From: Eledone cirrhosa
Taxonomy: Eukaryota
NCBI GenBank assembly: GCA_964016885.1
Contig: CAXHJY010001721.1
Location: 5,190-69,189 of the forward strand
DNA: 64,000 bases
Direction: 5' to 3'
Shown here: piece after piece, positions 29,750 through 43,971 of the stretch
Layout of the letters: each line of letters opens with the position of its first letter
Numbering within the stretch: the stretch's first letter is position 1
The notes under the pieces: model-generated
Seen by the model: the letters and a program-made list of their open reading frames with translations, nothing else
What the model was told of the DNA's origin: nothing
Databases searched by the model: none
Translations under genes and position numbers: made by a program

Positions 29750-32515
29750 TACATATGAAGCAACTACAGACAGTAATATGTGTCACATATCGGCCGCCCG
29801 ATGCCCCCAGTCATGAGGGGAAATTTGAGGATAGCCTAAGTAGGATAGAAGAGGTCCTTGACAAACTGGACCAGGGTCTCAACATCCTACTGCTGGGAGA
29901 CTTCAACCTACCAAAGGTCAAATGGCCTGAGGGCCACCTCCTCCCTGGAATGACGTCAATAGAACAGAGACAGACGGAATCCCTGCTGGCCCTCACACAC
30001 AGGCTGTTCATGAAGCAAGCAATACTCCTCCCAACAAGAGGCGAAAATGTCCTGGACCTCTGTTTTACAAACAACGAAGTGCTCATCCACAATGTAAAGG
30101 TGACACCAACAATTCTCTCGGATCATAACTTAGTAGAGCTAATGATATGTGGTCCAAGAGAACCAACAGAGACAAAACCACCAAGAAGCTCCGGGACGTT
30201 ATCCAACCTTAACTTCTACAAGGCTAACTGGAAAAAGATTAAGAGTGAAATCCGGAAGCAAACATGGAGTGAAAACACCGCCACACAAGACACTAACACA
30301 CAATTTCAACACTTCATGACAACGATACACACCATATGCAAAAAGTGTGTCCCGGAGAAAGAGGCAAACAGACACAAAAATCTTATTCCCAGAGATAGGA
30401 AAATCCTTATGAGACGTAGAACTAAACTCTCAAACCAGTTGAATAGTCAACAAAACAAAAACAAGAAGGAATCCTATTTGAAACGTGCACTACTTGACAC
30501 CGAGATTGCACTCAAAGTTTCACATGAGAATGAGAGGGCAAAGAAAGAGAACAGGGCCATAGAAAACATTAAAACAAACCCTAAGGCCTTCTTTAAATTT
30601 GCAAAAGAAACTGCCTCAGTACACTGCAAGATTGGGCCACACTTCCACACGGACGGTTCACTAACCGAAAATCCCCAAGAGATATGTGAAATACTGAACG
30701 AACAGTACAAAAGTGTCTTCACATGTCCACTGAGGCACATGCAAATAACGAAGCCAGAGGAGTTCTTTGATGCCACAACACTACATCAAGAAATGGCAAC
30801 CATCAACCACATAGACATAACAGAGGAGGTTATGGTGTACGCCATTGATGAAATTAGAACAGACTCGGCTGCTGGACCTGATGGATTCCCAGCAGTTCTC
30901 CTAAAAATATGTAAGCGGGCCTTAACAACTCCACTGAAGATGCTCTTCAGAAGCTCCTTGGCTAGCGGTGTACTACCCAGGGAGCTGAAAGAAGGCACAA
31001 TATGCCCTATCCATAAAGGAGGTAGTAGAGCGGAGGCCAAGAACTATAGGCCAGTCTCCCTGACGTCGCATATCAGTAAGGTCATGGAGCGAGTCGTCAG
31101 AAAGAAACTAATCACTTTCCTCGAAGAAAATGACCGCCTGACTAGCACGCAACATGGCTTCCGCCCAGGAAGAAGCTGCCTTACACAGCTGCTACATCAC
31201 TACGACTGGGTACTGAGACAACTACTAGACAGCTCACATGTGGACGTGATATATCTTGACTTTGCGAAGGCCTTTGACAAGGTCGAACACGGAATGATAT
31301 GTCACAAACTACACGGACTCGGCATAACTGGAAAAGTAGGTGAGTGGCTGCATGGCTTCCTAAGGGACAGAAGCCAGGCAGTCGCAGCAAATGGGGCCCT
31401 CTCGAGGGAGACACCGATGACAAGTGGGGTGCCCCAGGGGACAGTCCTGGGACCACTACTGTTTTTGGTGGCTCTCTCGGACATGCCCTCTGTGGTGCAT
31501 GCAACAACATCCCTCACTAGCTATGCTGATGACACTAAGGTAGCACAGGCAATCAAAAACCCGACTGACGCTGCCCTTTTACAGCAGGATCTGGATGCCA
31601 TATACAGATGGGCGGAAGAAAACAACATGCAGTTTAATGCTGGGAAATTCCAAGCCCTACAATACAAACCTGCAAACACAAACACAAATATAGTGGAACA
31701 CAGCTACACAGGACCAGGAGGGACCGATATCCCCGTGTCAAAATCGATACGAGACCTGGGCATAGACATGAGCGATGATGCATCTTTTTCTTCACACATC
31801 ATGAAAGTGGCGACAACATGTAGACGACTCGCTGGCTGGATCTTGAGGACTTTCCGGACAAGAGATCGAGACACCATGTTGACATTGTGGAGGACTTTTG
31901 TCCTAAGCCGCCTGGACTACTGCTCCCAGTTGTGGTCACCCCATAGTGTCAAACTAACCACGGAGCTTGAGGCAATCCAGCGAAGCTACACCAAGAGGAT
32001 TGCCAAGATGAGGGAGACAAGCTACTGGGAGAGGCTAAAGGAACTGAACCTCTACTCCTTGGAGCGAAGACGGGAGAGATACGCAGTGATCTACATGTGG
32101 AAAATCCTGGAGGGACTAGCGCCAAACTTTGGCATTGGGAGCTGGACCAACCGTCGAACAGGACGTCACTGTGTGGTGCCAAAGGTCCCGTCTTCCACAT
32201 CTAGAATAAGGAGCAGGTATTGCAATAGCCTGGGATTCAAGGGCCCTCAACTCTTCAACAGGCTGCCGAGGCATCTAAGAGACTTGCATGACGTGGAGGT
32301 GGATGTCTTTAAGAAACATGTCGACACCTTTTTATCCAGGATCCCGGATGAGCCCACAGCAAGACACGAGGGAAACCTAAGGGCAGCAGCAACAAACTCC
32401 CTCCTGCACCAGTGGCCAACCTATACAGGCTGGAGATAAAATGTGTAGCAACAAGGGCGGTGCCCCAGCATGGCCTCAGCCGGATGGCTGAAACAGGTAA
32501 AAGAGTAAAAGAGTA
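29750..32515 (+). mobile_element. CR1-group LINE, family 1, ending in (GTAAAAGA)2 at (TA)n
   Basis: ORF2, short 3' UTR and tandem tail. Confidence 0.92.
29755..32439 (+). CDS. CR1-group LINE ORF2 (APE endonuclease, 5'-truncated, + RT), family 1
   Basis: YRPP, GDFNLP, LDL, SDH; [38 protein letters not shown]; uninterrupted 894 aa. Confidence 0.95.
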   Translation: MKQLQTVICVTYRPPDAPSHEGKFEDSLSRIEEVLDKLDQGLNILLLGDFNLPKVKWPEGHLLPGMTSIEQRQTESLLALTHRLFMKQAILLPTRGENVLDLCFTNNEVLIHNVKVTPTILSDHNLVELMICGPREPTETKPPRSSGTLSNLNFYKANWKKIKSEIRKQTWSENTATQDTNTQFQHFMTTIHTICKKCVPEKEANRHKNLIPRDRKILMRRRTKLSNQLNSQQNKNKKESYLKRALLDTEIALKVSHENERAKKENRAIENIKTNPKAFFKFAKETASVHCKIGPHFHTDGSLTENPQEICEILNEQYKSVFTCPLRHMQITKPEEFFDATTLHQEMATINHIDITEEVMVYAIDEIRTDSAAGPDGFPAVLLKICKRALTTPLKMLFRSSLASGVLPRELKEGTICPIHKGGSRAEAKNYRPVSLTSHISKVMERVVRKKLITFLEENDRLTSTQHGFRPGRSCLTQLLHHYDWVLRQLLDSSHVDVIYLDFAKAFDKVEHGMICHKLHGLGITGKVGEWLHGFLRDRSQAVAANGALSRETPMTSGVPQGTVLGPLLFLVALSDMPSVVHATTSLTSYADDTKVAQAIKNPTDAALLQQDLDAIYRWAEENNMQFNAGKFQALQYKPANTNTNIVEHSYTGPGGTDIPVSKSIRDLGIDMSDDASFSSHIMKVATTCRRLAGWILRTFRTRDRDTMLTLWRTFVLSRLDYCSQLWSPHSVKLTTELEAIQRSYTKRIAKMRETSYWERLKELNLYSLERRRERYAVIYMWKILEGLAPNFGIGSWTNRRTGRHCVVPKVPSSTSRIRSRYCNSLGFKGPQLFNRLPRHLRDLHDVEVDVFKKHVDTFLSRIPDEPTARHEGNLRAAATNSLLHQWPTYTGWR

Positions 32516-32523
32516 TATGTACA

Positions 32524-32593
<70 letters not shown>

Positions 32594-32723
32594 TGTATAT
32601 ATATATATGTATATATATATATACATATATGTATATATATATGTATATATATATATGTATATATATATGTATATATATATATGTATATATATATGTATAT
32701 ATATATATATGTATATATATATG

Positions 32724-32844
<121 letters not shown>

Positions 32845-33529
32845 ATATGTATATATGTATATATGTATATATATGTATGTCAGGTCACCAGTTGGTGCTA
32901 CTGGTAACATGTATCCCAGTACTACCTGTCTCATGGTCGTGTCGTTGGCGACTAAACTGGCAACCCCACCAAGGTTTCTTGGTGAGGAGGGTGACTTTGG
33001 ACATCCTGTGGGACTAAAAACAAAACCTGTCAAAGGGCAAAGGAGCTCTTAAGAGTCAATGGCCATCCAAAATCACCGGGAGAGATGACCCCTTAGCCTT
33101 TGTCAAGGCAGAATTCTAGGAGAAGGAAAACTCTGATATAACACCTGCAACTCTGATGGTATCCAATGACGTTGACTTGTTCTTTTTGGTAAATATCATC
33201 TTGGTTAAGAGAGTGGGACTGGCTTTGTGCAGTGCCTTTACTCACTATAAAAGCTTCACAGCACAGGCATTGCTTTGTATCTGGAGATATCTCTGCACTT
33301 GTCGTCACATGGTACCATGGGCCCAGCACTATGTGTCAATAATTGTCACAAGTGTAGTGTTTGTACCAGAGTTTTCATGTCGCAGGCTGGACTAAAAAGT
33401 CACACTCGTTCAGCGCATAGGTAGGGGTTCTCCTACATGGATATAAAGTAGTGGCCGTACTCGGAAACGAGTTGGCAGCCATCATATATATGTGTATATG
33501 TATATATATATATATATATGTATATATAT

Positions 33530-33841
33530 AATGTCTCTCATCAACAATCAGAGAAGAGCTGAAGAGGCCTGGGCCATTGAGAAGATCAAACTCAATCCCA
33601 AAGTGTTCTTTTCATTTGCAAAAAAACACAAAATCACTGGCTCTACTGTTGGCCCTCTAATTGATGAAAATGGCACTCTTCAAGACAATGCTAAAACCAT
33701 GGGTGAGATACTGCAGAAACCATACTGCTCTGTTTTCAGCAATCCTGATATGTCCGATCTGGGCTGTATCGGCGATGTTACTCCCCATTACACCTTATCG
33801 GACACAACGTTTGGCGCCCCTGATGTCTTAGCGGCAATAAA
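33530..33841 (+). mobile_element. Internal fragment of LINE family 2
   Basis: Nearly identical to ~54965-55273 ([18 protein letters not shown]...). Confidence 0.9.
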
Positions 33842-34870
33842 TACGAAGGAGCCATGGAAAAGTATAAGACCCTCATAGAACTGGACATGAAAGGAATTTG
33901 CCCACTATACAGGAGCAAATCATGGAATAGCTTAGATAGGGCTAGACATAAGATAGGGAAGGCCACATCAGGGTACGACAACCAGAGATATCAGAGTGTC
34001 ATGTTTGTGGACGCCACCCCTGGAGGGAAATTAGCTAACCAGTGTAGAAAGGCCCTGAGAAAGACCCACTTAAAAATAAAGGTGGTAGAAAAGCCAGGAA
34101 CCACCATAAAATCCCTGATCAGCAAAACCTTACCCTATGCTAAGTCAAATTGATGCGCGACGCCGCGCAAGCACACGCAGCGAACTGCGAACGGCGCTCC
34201 CGGCATCTGACGCGTTGTCGGTCTCAGTCTAATATTTGCGCCGCGACCAATGCGAAGGCCGACCGTGTCGACGCGATCTGTTGGGACCGCGCGGAAAGAC
34301 GGAACGACGACAGCGACGAACGCTGAGCGCGTTTGTAACCCGACTCCCGGGTGCGACCTGCGATCGCGGCCTCACCGCGAGGAGAGTGGATAACTGTGGC
34401 AATTCTAGAGATAATACATTCAACTGAGGCCGCGATCGCAGGTCGCACCCGGGAGTCGGGTTACAAACGCGCTCAGCGTTCGTCGCTGTTGTCGTTCCGT
34501 CTTCCCGCGCGGTCCTAACAGATCGCGTCGACACGGTCGGCCTTCGCATTGGTCGCGGCGCAAATATTAGACTGAGACCGACGACGCGTCAGATGCCGTC
34601 AGCGCCGTTCGCAGTTCGCTGCGTGCGGTTGCGCGGCGTCGCGCATCAATTCGACTTAGCATAAAAATGTTATGAACAGTTCTTTGATTCTTATATTTCA
34701 TATAACTTCTCTGTAAATCATCTGATGTTTTTACATTGAGCTACTTAACTTACTGGTAATAAGGTAGTAATATATTACTGTCTACAACTATTTAGGGTTT
34801 GTATAAAAAAATATATATAACTGCAAAAGGTTTTTGTATTTACATAACCATAAATAGTATAATTAATACT
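33842..34870 (+). mobile_element. Deleted PLE-like remnant: RT thumb/linker-like ORF 33854-34153 plus pseudo-LTR end 34664-34870
   Basis: PLYRSKSW..SVMFVDATPGGKLA..KVVEKPG resembles PLE thumb/linker as recalled; 34664-34870 is a diverged homologue of 8332-8522. Confidence 0.6.
34138..34661. mobile_element. GC/CpG-rich foldback or MITE: 237-bp TIRs, 50-bp spacer, apparent TA target duplication
   Basis: TA|TGCTAAGTC...GACTTAGCA|TA; arms 34138-34374 and 34425-34661 near-perfectly complementary. Confidence 0.85.
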
Positions 34871-34879
34871 ATATCTATA

Positions 34880-34938
<59 letters not shown>

Positions 34939-34939
34939 C

Positions 34940-34971
<32 letters not shown>

Positions 34972-34997
34972 GATATATATATGTATATATATATATC

Positions 34998-35120
<123 letters not shown>

Positions 35121-35121
35121 C

Positions 35122-35156
<35 letters not shown>

Positions 35157-35160
35157 GTAT

Positions 35161-35189
<29 letters not shown>

Positions 35190-35193
<4 letters not shown>

Positions 35194-36846
35194 GACATAG
35201 AATATTCGAAAATATTCTGTATGTTTATAATAAACATTTTGAAGACCTAATCGCTATAGAATAGAATACGTCACGTATTACAATTAGATTCTCGATAAAA
35301 GCAAGGGAAGTAATCTACGCGTTTCATTCTCGTAAGAAATCATCAGGACTACATATCCAGTGCTTTTATCGAGAATGACACAGCTAGAGACTTATAGAAT
35401 ACTTAGCTGTGTACAGGAACTGGTTTGAAAGAGCGGTTGCCGGTCCGGCAGAAATTAGAAATTGGAATAAATGCTCTGAAATAGCGATATATATGTGAAT
35501 ATAGACATAGAATATTCGAAAATATTCTGTATGTTTATTTTCGAATATTCTATGTCTATATTCACATATATATCGCTATTTCAGAGCATTTATTCCAATT
35601 TCTAATTTCTGCCGGACCGGCAACCGCTCTTTCAAACCAGTTCCTGTACACAGCTAAGTATTCTATAAGTCTCTAGCTGTGTCATTCTCGATAAAAGCAC
35701 TGGATATGTAGTCCTGATGATTTCTTACGAGAATGAAACGCGTAGATTACTTCCCTTGCTTTTATCGAGAATCTAATTGTAATACGTGACGTATTCTATT
35801 CTATAGCGATTAGGTCTTCAAAATGTTTATTATAAACATACAGAATATTTTCGAATATTCTATGTCTATATTCACATATATATCGCTATTTCAGAGCATT
35901 TATTCCAATTTCTAATTTCTGCCGGACCGGCAACCGCTCTTTCAAACCAGTTCCTGTACACAGCTAAGTATTCTATAAGTCTCTAGCTGTGTCATTCTCG
36001 ATAAAAGCACTGGATATGTAGTCCTGATGATTTCTTACGAGAATGAAACGCGTAGATTACTTCCCTTGCTTTTATCGAGAATCTAATTGTAATACGTGAC
36101 GTATTCTATTCTATAGCGATTAGGTCTTCAAAATGTTTATTATAAACATACAGAATATTTTCGAATATTCTATGTCTATATTCACATATATATCGCTATT
36201 TCAGAGCATTTATTCCAATTTCTAATTTCTGCCGGACCGGCAACCGCTCTTTCAAACCAGTTCCTGTACACAGCTAAGTATTCTATAAGTCTCTAGCTGT
36301 GTCATTCTCGATAAAAGCACTGGATATGTAGTCCTGATGATTTCTTACGAGAATGAAACGCGTAGATTACTTCCCTTGCTTTTATCGAGAATCTAATTGT
36401 AATACGTGACGTATTCTATTCTATAGCGATTAGGTCTTCAAAATGTTTATTATAAACATACAGAATATTTTCGAATATTCTATGTCTATATTCACATATA
36501 TATCGCTATTTCAGAGCATTTATTCCAATTTCTAATTTCTGCCGGACCGGCAACCGCTCTTTCAAACCAGTTCCTGTACACAGCTAAGTATTCTATAAGT
36601 CTCTAGCTGTGTCATTCTCGATAAAAGCACTGGATATGTAGTCCTGATGATTTCTTACGAGAATGAAACGCGTAGATTACTTCCCTTGCTTTTATCGAGA
36701 ATCTAATTGTAATACGTGACGTATTCTATTCTATAGCGATTAGGTCTTCAAAATGTTTATTATAAACATACAGAATATTTTCGAATATTCTATGTCTATA
36801 TTCACATATATATCGCTATTTCAGAGCATTTATTCCAATTTCTAAT
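35190..36846 (+). mobile_element. Retrozyme-like tandem array, family J: 300-bp unit x ~4.4 plus inverted arm 35190-35538
   Basis: Lines repeat exactly every 300 nt; one HHR per unit; flanked by (TA)n. Confidence 0.92.
35708..35750 (+). ncRNA. Minimal type I HHR, family J; repeated at 36008, 36308, 36608 (+) and 35310-35352 (-)
   Basis: GTAGTC-CTGATGA-tTTCTtacgAGAAt-GAAA-CGCG-TA-GATTAC; stem I extended by ATTCTCGATAAAAGCA/TGCTTTTATCGAGAAT. Confidence 0.88.
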
Positions 36847-36851
36847 ATATA

Positions 36852-36932
<81 letters not shown>

Positions 36933-37087
36933 GTAAATATATATATCTATATATATGCAAAGTTTTATTTAAATTGTTGGGTTAACAACGAGTAAGTATT
37001 TATAACTGATATAAAAGCACTCAACAAGTATTTGGAGTATATTTACGATATTAAATAAATGGAAACTATATTTATAAAACCATATTT

Positions 37088-37151
37088 ATTTCATTATATA
37101 TATTTCAGGGATATCATATTAAAAATATGTTATGCCTTCCTCAGACAAAAT
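37088..37151 (-). ncRNA. Type I HHR, family A (second copy)
   Basis: Minus ATTTTGT-CTGAGGA-AGG...CCT-GAAA-TATATA-TA-ATGAAAT; N7 differs from the 3473 copy. Confidence 0.75.
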
Positions 37152-37189
37152 ACAATATAAACAGTCTTATAAATAGATAGATTCGATAT

Positions 37190-37192
37190 CTC

Positions 37193-37249
<57 letters not shown>

Positions 37250-37278
37250 CTATATATATATATATGTATATATATATC

Positions 37279-37309
<31 letters not shown>

Positions 37310-37798
37310 CTCTCTATATATATATGTATATATATATATCTATATATATATATGTATATATATATATATCTATATATATATATGTATATATATATATCTA
37401 TATATATATATGTATATATATATATCTCTATATATATATGTATATATATATATGTATATATATATATGTATATATATATATTTATATCTCTATATATATA
37501 TATATCTATATATATGTATATATATATATCTATATCTATCTATATATATATATATATATATCTATATCTATATATATGTATATATATATATCTATATCTA
37601 TATCTATATATATATCTATATCTATATATCTATATATATGTATATATATATATCTATATCTATATCTATATATATATCTATATCTATATATCTATATATA
37701 TGTATATATATATATCTATATCTATATATATATATATATATATCTATATCTATATATATATATATATCTATATCTATATATATATTTATCTCTCTATA

Positions 37799-37871
<73 letters not shown>

Positions 37872-37916
37872 GTATATATATATATATATATTTATCTATA
37901 TATATATATATATATT

Positions 37917-37957
<41 letters not shown>

Positions 37958-37996
37958 CTCTCTCTATACATATATATATATATTTATATATATATA

Positions 37997-38079
<83 letters not shown>

Positions 38080-38084
38080 GTATA

Positions 38085-38136
<52 letters not shown>

Positions 38137-38140
38137 TATG

Positions 38141-38227
<87 letters not shown>

Positions 38228-38238
38228 GTATATATATG

Positions 38239-38312
<74 letters not shown>

Positions 38313-38328
38313 TGTATATATATGTATA

Positions 38329-38375
<47 letters not shown>

Positions 38376-38376
38376 G

Positions 38377-38407
<31 letters not shown>

Positions 38408-38423
38408 GTATATATATATATAT
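37190..38423. repeat. (TA)n/(TATC) microsatellite
   Basis: Direct reading. Confidence 0.98.
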
Positions 38424-38779
38424 CGTTTCTGAATTTGTTTAGCAAGATTATTTATCTGAAATCGTGTGTTGAAACCGTTATTGTTATACTTTGGGAGGGT
38501 CATGTTGCCAATAAGAAACACACGCACCAGTTGCTTTCACTTCAATTTATTATATATTTATAAATTTACAAATCTACAAACTTATAAATTTCTGGTTGGT
38601 TGGTTGGTTCCACAACCAGATAGTTGTTTATTTATAGTCATAGTCCTTTCGTCACACACTCTGTGACCTCTTCAGTGACTGGGGATTCCTTTCTTTGTTT
38701 CTGTGCCTTTCCTTTCTTCTGTCCTACGCCATTTTGTTTCTGTGTGTGTGTTGTGTGCCACACAACACACACACAGAAT

Positions 38780-39921
<1,142 letters not shown>

Positions 39922-40608
39922 TGTATATATATATATATATATATGTAAAAGAATAGAGGTGTAACACACAAGTTATTATATATTGGTAAACGGAATAGAA
40001 AATGCTGACAAATTGTTCACAGTGAAAAATAGTTTAATTAGGAATAAGTGAGAATTAGTAATTGTATTGGTCAGTATTCAGTTTTGGTTTTAAGTTTTAC
40101 CGGTTGCGCATTTCTAATGCTTTTCAAAAATAATTTTGAGATAGAGCGTCCGTGATGTTTGCTCTGATCTGATTAGTTTTGGGAATTCTACCTGTTTTTA
40201 TGTTAAAAAAGTGGCTCCAGCGGTATTAAAATAAGTGTTGCGCCAATTCGTGTTGCAAAAATTCTTGTGGTCAAAACAATTTTGATTGGTCGGTAGAGGT
40301 CATGTGAATGTAAAAAATTGATTTTGCGCCAAATGTAGGTTTGTGTCGGCTGACTGAGAAATGACTTTTTCACAACAAATATGTGTGTGTGTAGTAGTAG
40401 TAAAGTGTTCGTTGTTGTGATAATGGTCAGCAGGGATCTGTGTGCGGACCGCATTTGACTGTTCAAATGCCTATTAAGACAAGTGTGTGTGTGTAGCAGA
40501 GTAATTCGTGGTAGAGGGATGGTCAGTAGGAATGTGTGTGTAAGTGAGTGGGGGATATTTTAACATGTTAAAAGATATTTTTCAGCTCTTGTCTTGTCTT
40601 ATACGGAG

Positions 40609-40609
<1 letters not shown>

Positions 40610-40674
<65 letters not shown>

Positions 40675-40903
40675 CTCTTTGTATGTTAATGTACGCGTGT
40701 GTATGTGTGTGTGTATATATGTGTGTGTGTGAGAATGTGTGTGTGTGTGTGTGTGGGTGGACCAGTATTTTTTTCCTGGTAAAATGGTGTACATTATTCG
40801 ATATTTTCAGTAAAATCGATTCTCTCAATAGAACATCAAAAACGTTAATAATAAAAGGTGTGAAATGATATATAGTATTGGCATAATACCAAGGTGTGTG
40901 TGA

Positions 40904-40990
<87 letters not shown>
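40610..40990. repeat. (GT)n tracts within the PLE 3' region
   Basis: Direct reading. Confidence 0.95.
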
Positions 40991-40993
<3 letters not shown>

Positions 40994-41437
40994 AGATTGT
41001 ACGTACTGAAAGGGGGATCCCTTAGGCCTTGCCGTATTGGAATACCTGTGCACAAATATGTATCTGGAGTGTGTCCAGAAATTGTATAGCTGTGCACAAA
41101 TATGTATCTGGAGTGTGTCCAGATTGCACGTACTGCAAGGGGAATTCATTAGGCCTTGCCGTATTGGAATACCTGTGCACAAATATGTATCTGGAGTGTG
41201 TCCAGATTGTAAGGCCTTGCCGTATTGGAATACCTGGGCACAAATATGTATCTGGAGTGTGTCCAGAAATTGTATACCTGTGCACAAATTGTACACTTGT
41301 GCACAAATTGTACACATGTATCTGGAGTGTGTCCAGAAATTGTATACCTGTGTACAAATATGTATCTGGAGTGTGTCCAGATTGCACGTACTGCAAGGGG
41401 AATTCATTAGGCTTTGCGGTATTGGAATACCTGTGCA
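40991..41437. repeat. Modular minisatellite (core CACAAATATGTATCTGGAGTGTGTCCAGA) in the PLE 3' region
   Basis: About 6 core copies with variable spacers. Confidence 0.9.
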
Positions 41438-41659
41438 TAAAAATGTATGTGCCCATCAGTGTGCAATGCATGTGTGCGTTTATGTATGTGTGTGTGTCGG
41501 CACGTTTATATCTATAGACATCAAAAGGTATGCACATTTATGTATATTTGTGTTGCACCATAGAACATGTGTGTTTACATATGTCATTGTGTTTATATGT
41601 GGGTAGAGATGTGTGCTGATGTAGGTATGTATGTTGACGTGTGTATGTTGTGGGTTCGT

Positions 41660-43971
41660 CTTAGGGAGAAGTGTTTAGACGGGGTCCGTATTTGTTAATA
41701 AAGTAAGATTCCTTGCTGATGCGCTGGGTGTGGGTGGCATTATCTTTAAATTTGTAGAGGGGAAAGATTCTGAAGTTGGGATGATTTTGGGCGGCACAGG
41801 TATCAATGTGTTCACTCAGTGGTATTTTCCTGTATTCCCGTATTTTAATTTAGGATCTATGGACAGTCATGCGTTGGCAGAGGCTGTTTTTGGTCTCTCT
41901 TTGGTCTGTATTGTTCTCGACAACCTAAGCAAGTTAATACATATATTAGATTTTCCGATGCACATGTGAAATTGTGTTTTACTATAAAACGTTGTCTTTC
42001 TTTGAAATAGAATTCCGAACCCTCTATTAGGTTGATGCAAATGCCACAGTTGGGTCTATCGCATTTTTTTACTGTGGGTTTCATTGTTGTGGTTGGCAGT
42101 ACTTTGGCATGTGTTAGGATGTTTTTCATTGACTTAGATTGTCTTTTGCTCTTTATGATATCGTGTGTTCGTAGGATTTGGTTCATTCTATGGTCCTTTT
42201 TCAACACAGGGATGTTCTGGAGGATGGTGTCAAAGGCCTCATTGTTGAGGGGTTGTGTGTGGAGATGTATGGAAGAGCTTTTAGTTTCGGTTGATTTACT
42301 TTAGGGTGTCTAAGGTCCTGGGTACTGAGTTTTAGGGCACGTTGGATTCCATTGTCAATTAGTGATGCAGGGTAGTCCTTGCCTATGAGTGTGTCCTTTA
42401 GTTCTTGTAGCCGTAAGTAGCAGGTGTTTTTATTGGAGACTATAGTACAGATTCTCTTGGCTAAATTGTAGGGAATATTAATTTTAACGTGTCTAGGGTG
42501 GAAAGAGTTGAAAGGAAGATATTGCTTGGAGTCTGTGGGCTTGTAGTATATGTCTGTTTCTATTTTTTTGTTATGGATCTTAATGAGGATGTCGAGGAAG
42601 GGGAGTTGTTGATGGCTGTATTCCATCGTGAAGTTAATATTCGTGTTGAGCCCATTTATAAGGGTGTGAAATTCTTTAAGTTTCTCGATGTTTTCGTGCC
42701 AAAGGATGAAGCAGTCATCTAGATATCGCTTCCAGTTCCTTTCTATGTGTAAGTGGAGAGTGTTTCCAAATTTGTTTAGGACTTTAGTGTAGAGGGTGAT
42801 TTCCAGGTATCCCATGACTAGGTTGGCATAAGTGGGGGCTGTTTTCGTTCCCATAGCGGTCCCAGATTTCTGCCTGTAGGGTTTGTTATTGAAAACGAAG
42901 TAATTGTTCTCCAAGATAAATTTGAGTCCCTCTATCACGAATTCTTTTTTGATGCGTTGTGGGAGTTCATTGTGGTAATTATCCAGCCAGAATTGGATAG
43001 CTTCTATTCCTAGGTTGTGGGGGATGTTGGAGTATAGGTTGACTACACGAACGTCACTAGTAGGGTTTGTTCAGGAAGTGGCATATTAGGGAGGTGATTG
43101 AGCATATCTAGGTCGTCCCTTATATAGCTTTTGATGTGTTTGAGAAGGGTATCAATGAAGTTGCTAACGCGGTGGGTTTCGCAAGCGGGGCCTGCTATTA
43201 TAGGTCTTAATTTGAGATCATTGGGTGCGGGGAAATTGATGACTATGTCTGTGGCTTCCTTGCATGCCTTACTTATTAATTCGCTTTTATGTACTTTAGG
43301 GATACCGTAGAAAAGGCTGGATTTACTTGTGAAGTCTGTGATGAAGCTGAATTCCTTGTTAGTGAGTCCTTCTTTGTATTGGTTGATCAGAGTTTTTAGG
43401 TTTCTCATAATTTTCTGTTGATTGTAGTGTTCAGCCTTTTCGTAGTATGTTTCGTTTTCCAAAGTGGAGAGCGCTAAGTTGATATAGAATTCTGTCTCCA
43501 TTAGGACTACTGTACTCCCTTTATCAGCCTCTTTAATTGTAATGGTTCTGTCGGTTTTTAATCTATTTAATTCTTCCCATTCTTCCTTGTTGAGGTTTGG
43601 CTTGTGTTTTTGTCTGTGCAAGTGTTGGTAAGGGAAGTTTGTGATGTGTTCACAGAATTCGTCCAGGATTTTATTTCTACCTTTTGATGGGGTGTAATTG
43701 CTTCTATTTCTGGCTAATGATTCATCCTCATTGTACTGGTCGAATAGTTGTTCACTGAGTCGTAACTTTCTACAGAAGTCTGTGATGTCTTCCTTCATTT
43801 CATAGTAGTTAGGAGGTATAGTGGGATCGGTGTGAATTTAAGACCTTTGGAGAGTAAGTTGATAAGGTTGGGTGTTGGTTCTGCACTAGCAAGATTGATA
43901 ATTTGTATTACTATCGGTTTCTCCTCCCTGTCTTGTGTTATTTTGTTTGCCTGTATCTGTGTGCTGTGTCT
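41660..43971 (-). pseudogene. PLE RT + Cys-rich linker + GIY-YIG, several frameshifts
   Basis: IINL..LLSKGLKFTP; ADKG; FYGIPKVHK; LRPII; GTAMGTKTAPTYANL; RYLDD; LPFLD; YYKPT; CDRPNCGIC; CASENLIYVLTCLGC. Confidence 0.92.

Larger units (their letters stand above)
28191..29750 (-). mobile_element. Non-coding HHR-terminated element, family I, with internal minisatellite and G/C homopolymers
   Basis: HHR 14 nt from the TA junction; no credible ORF; right boundary set by the adjacent LINE. Confidence 0.5.
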
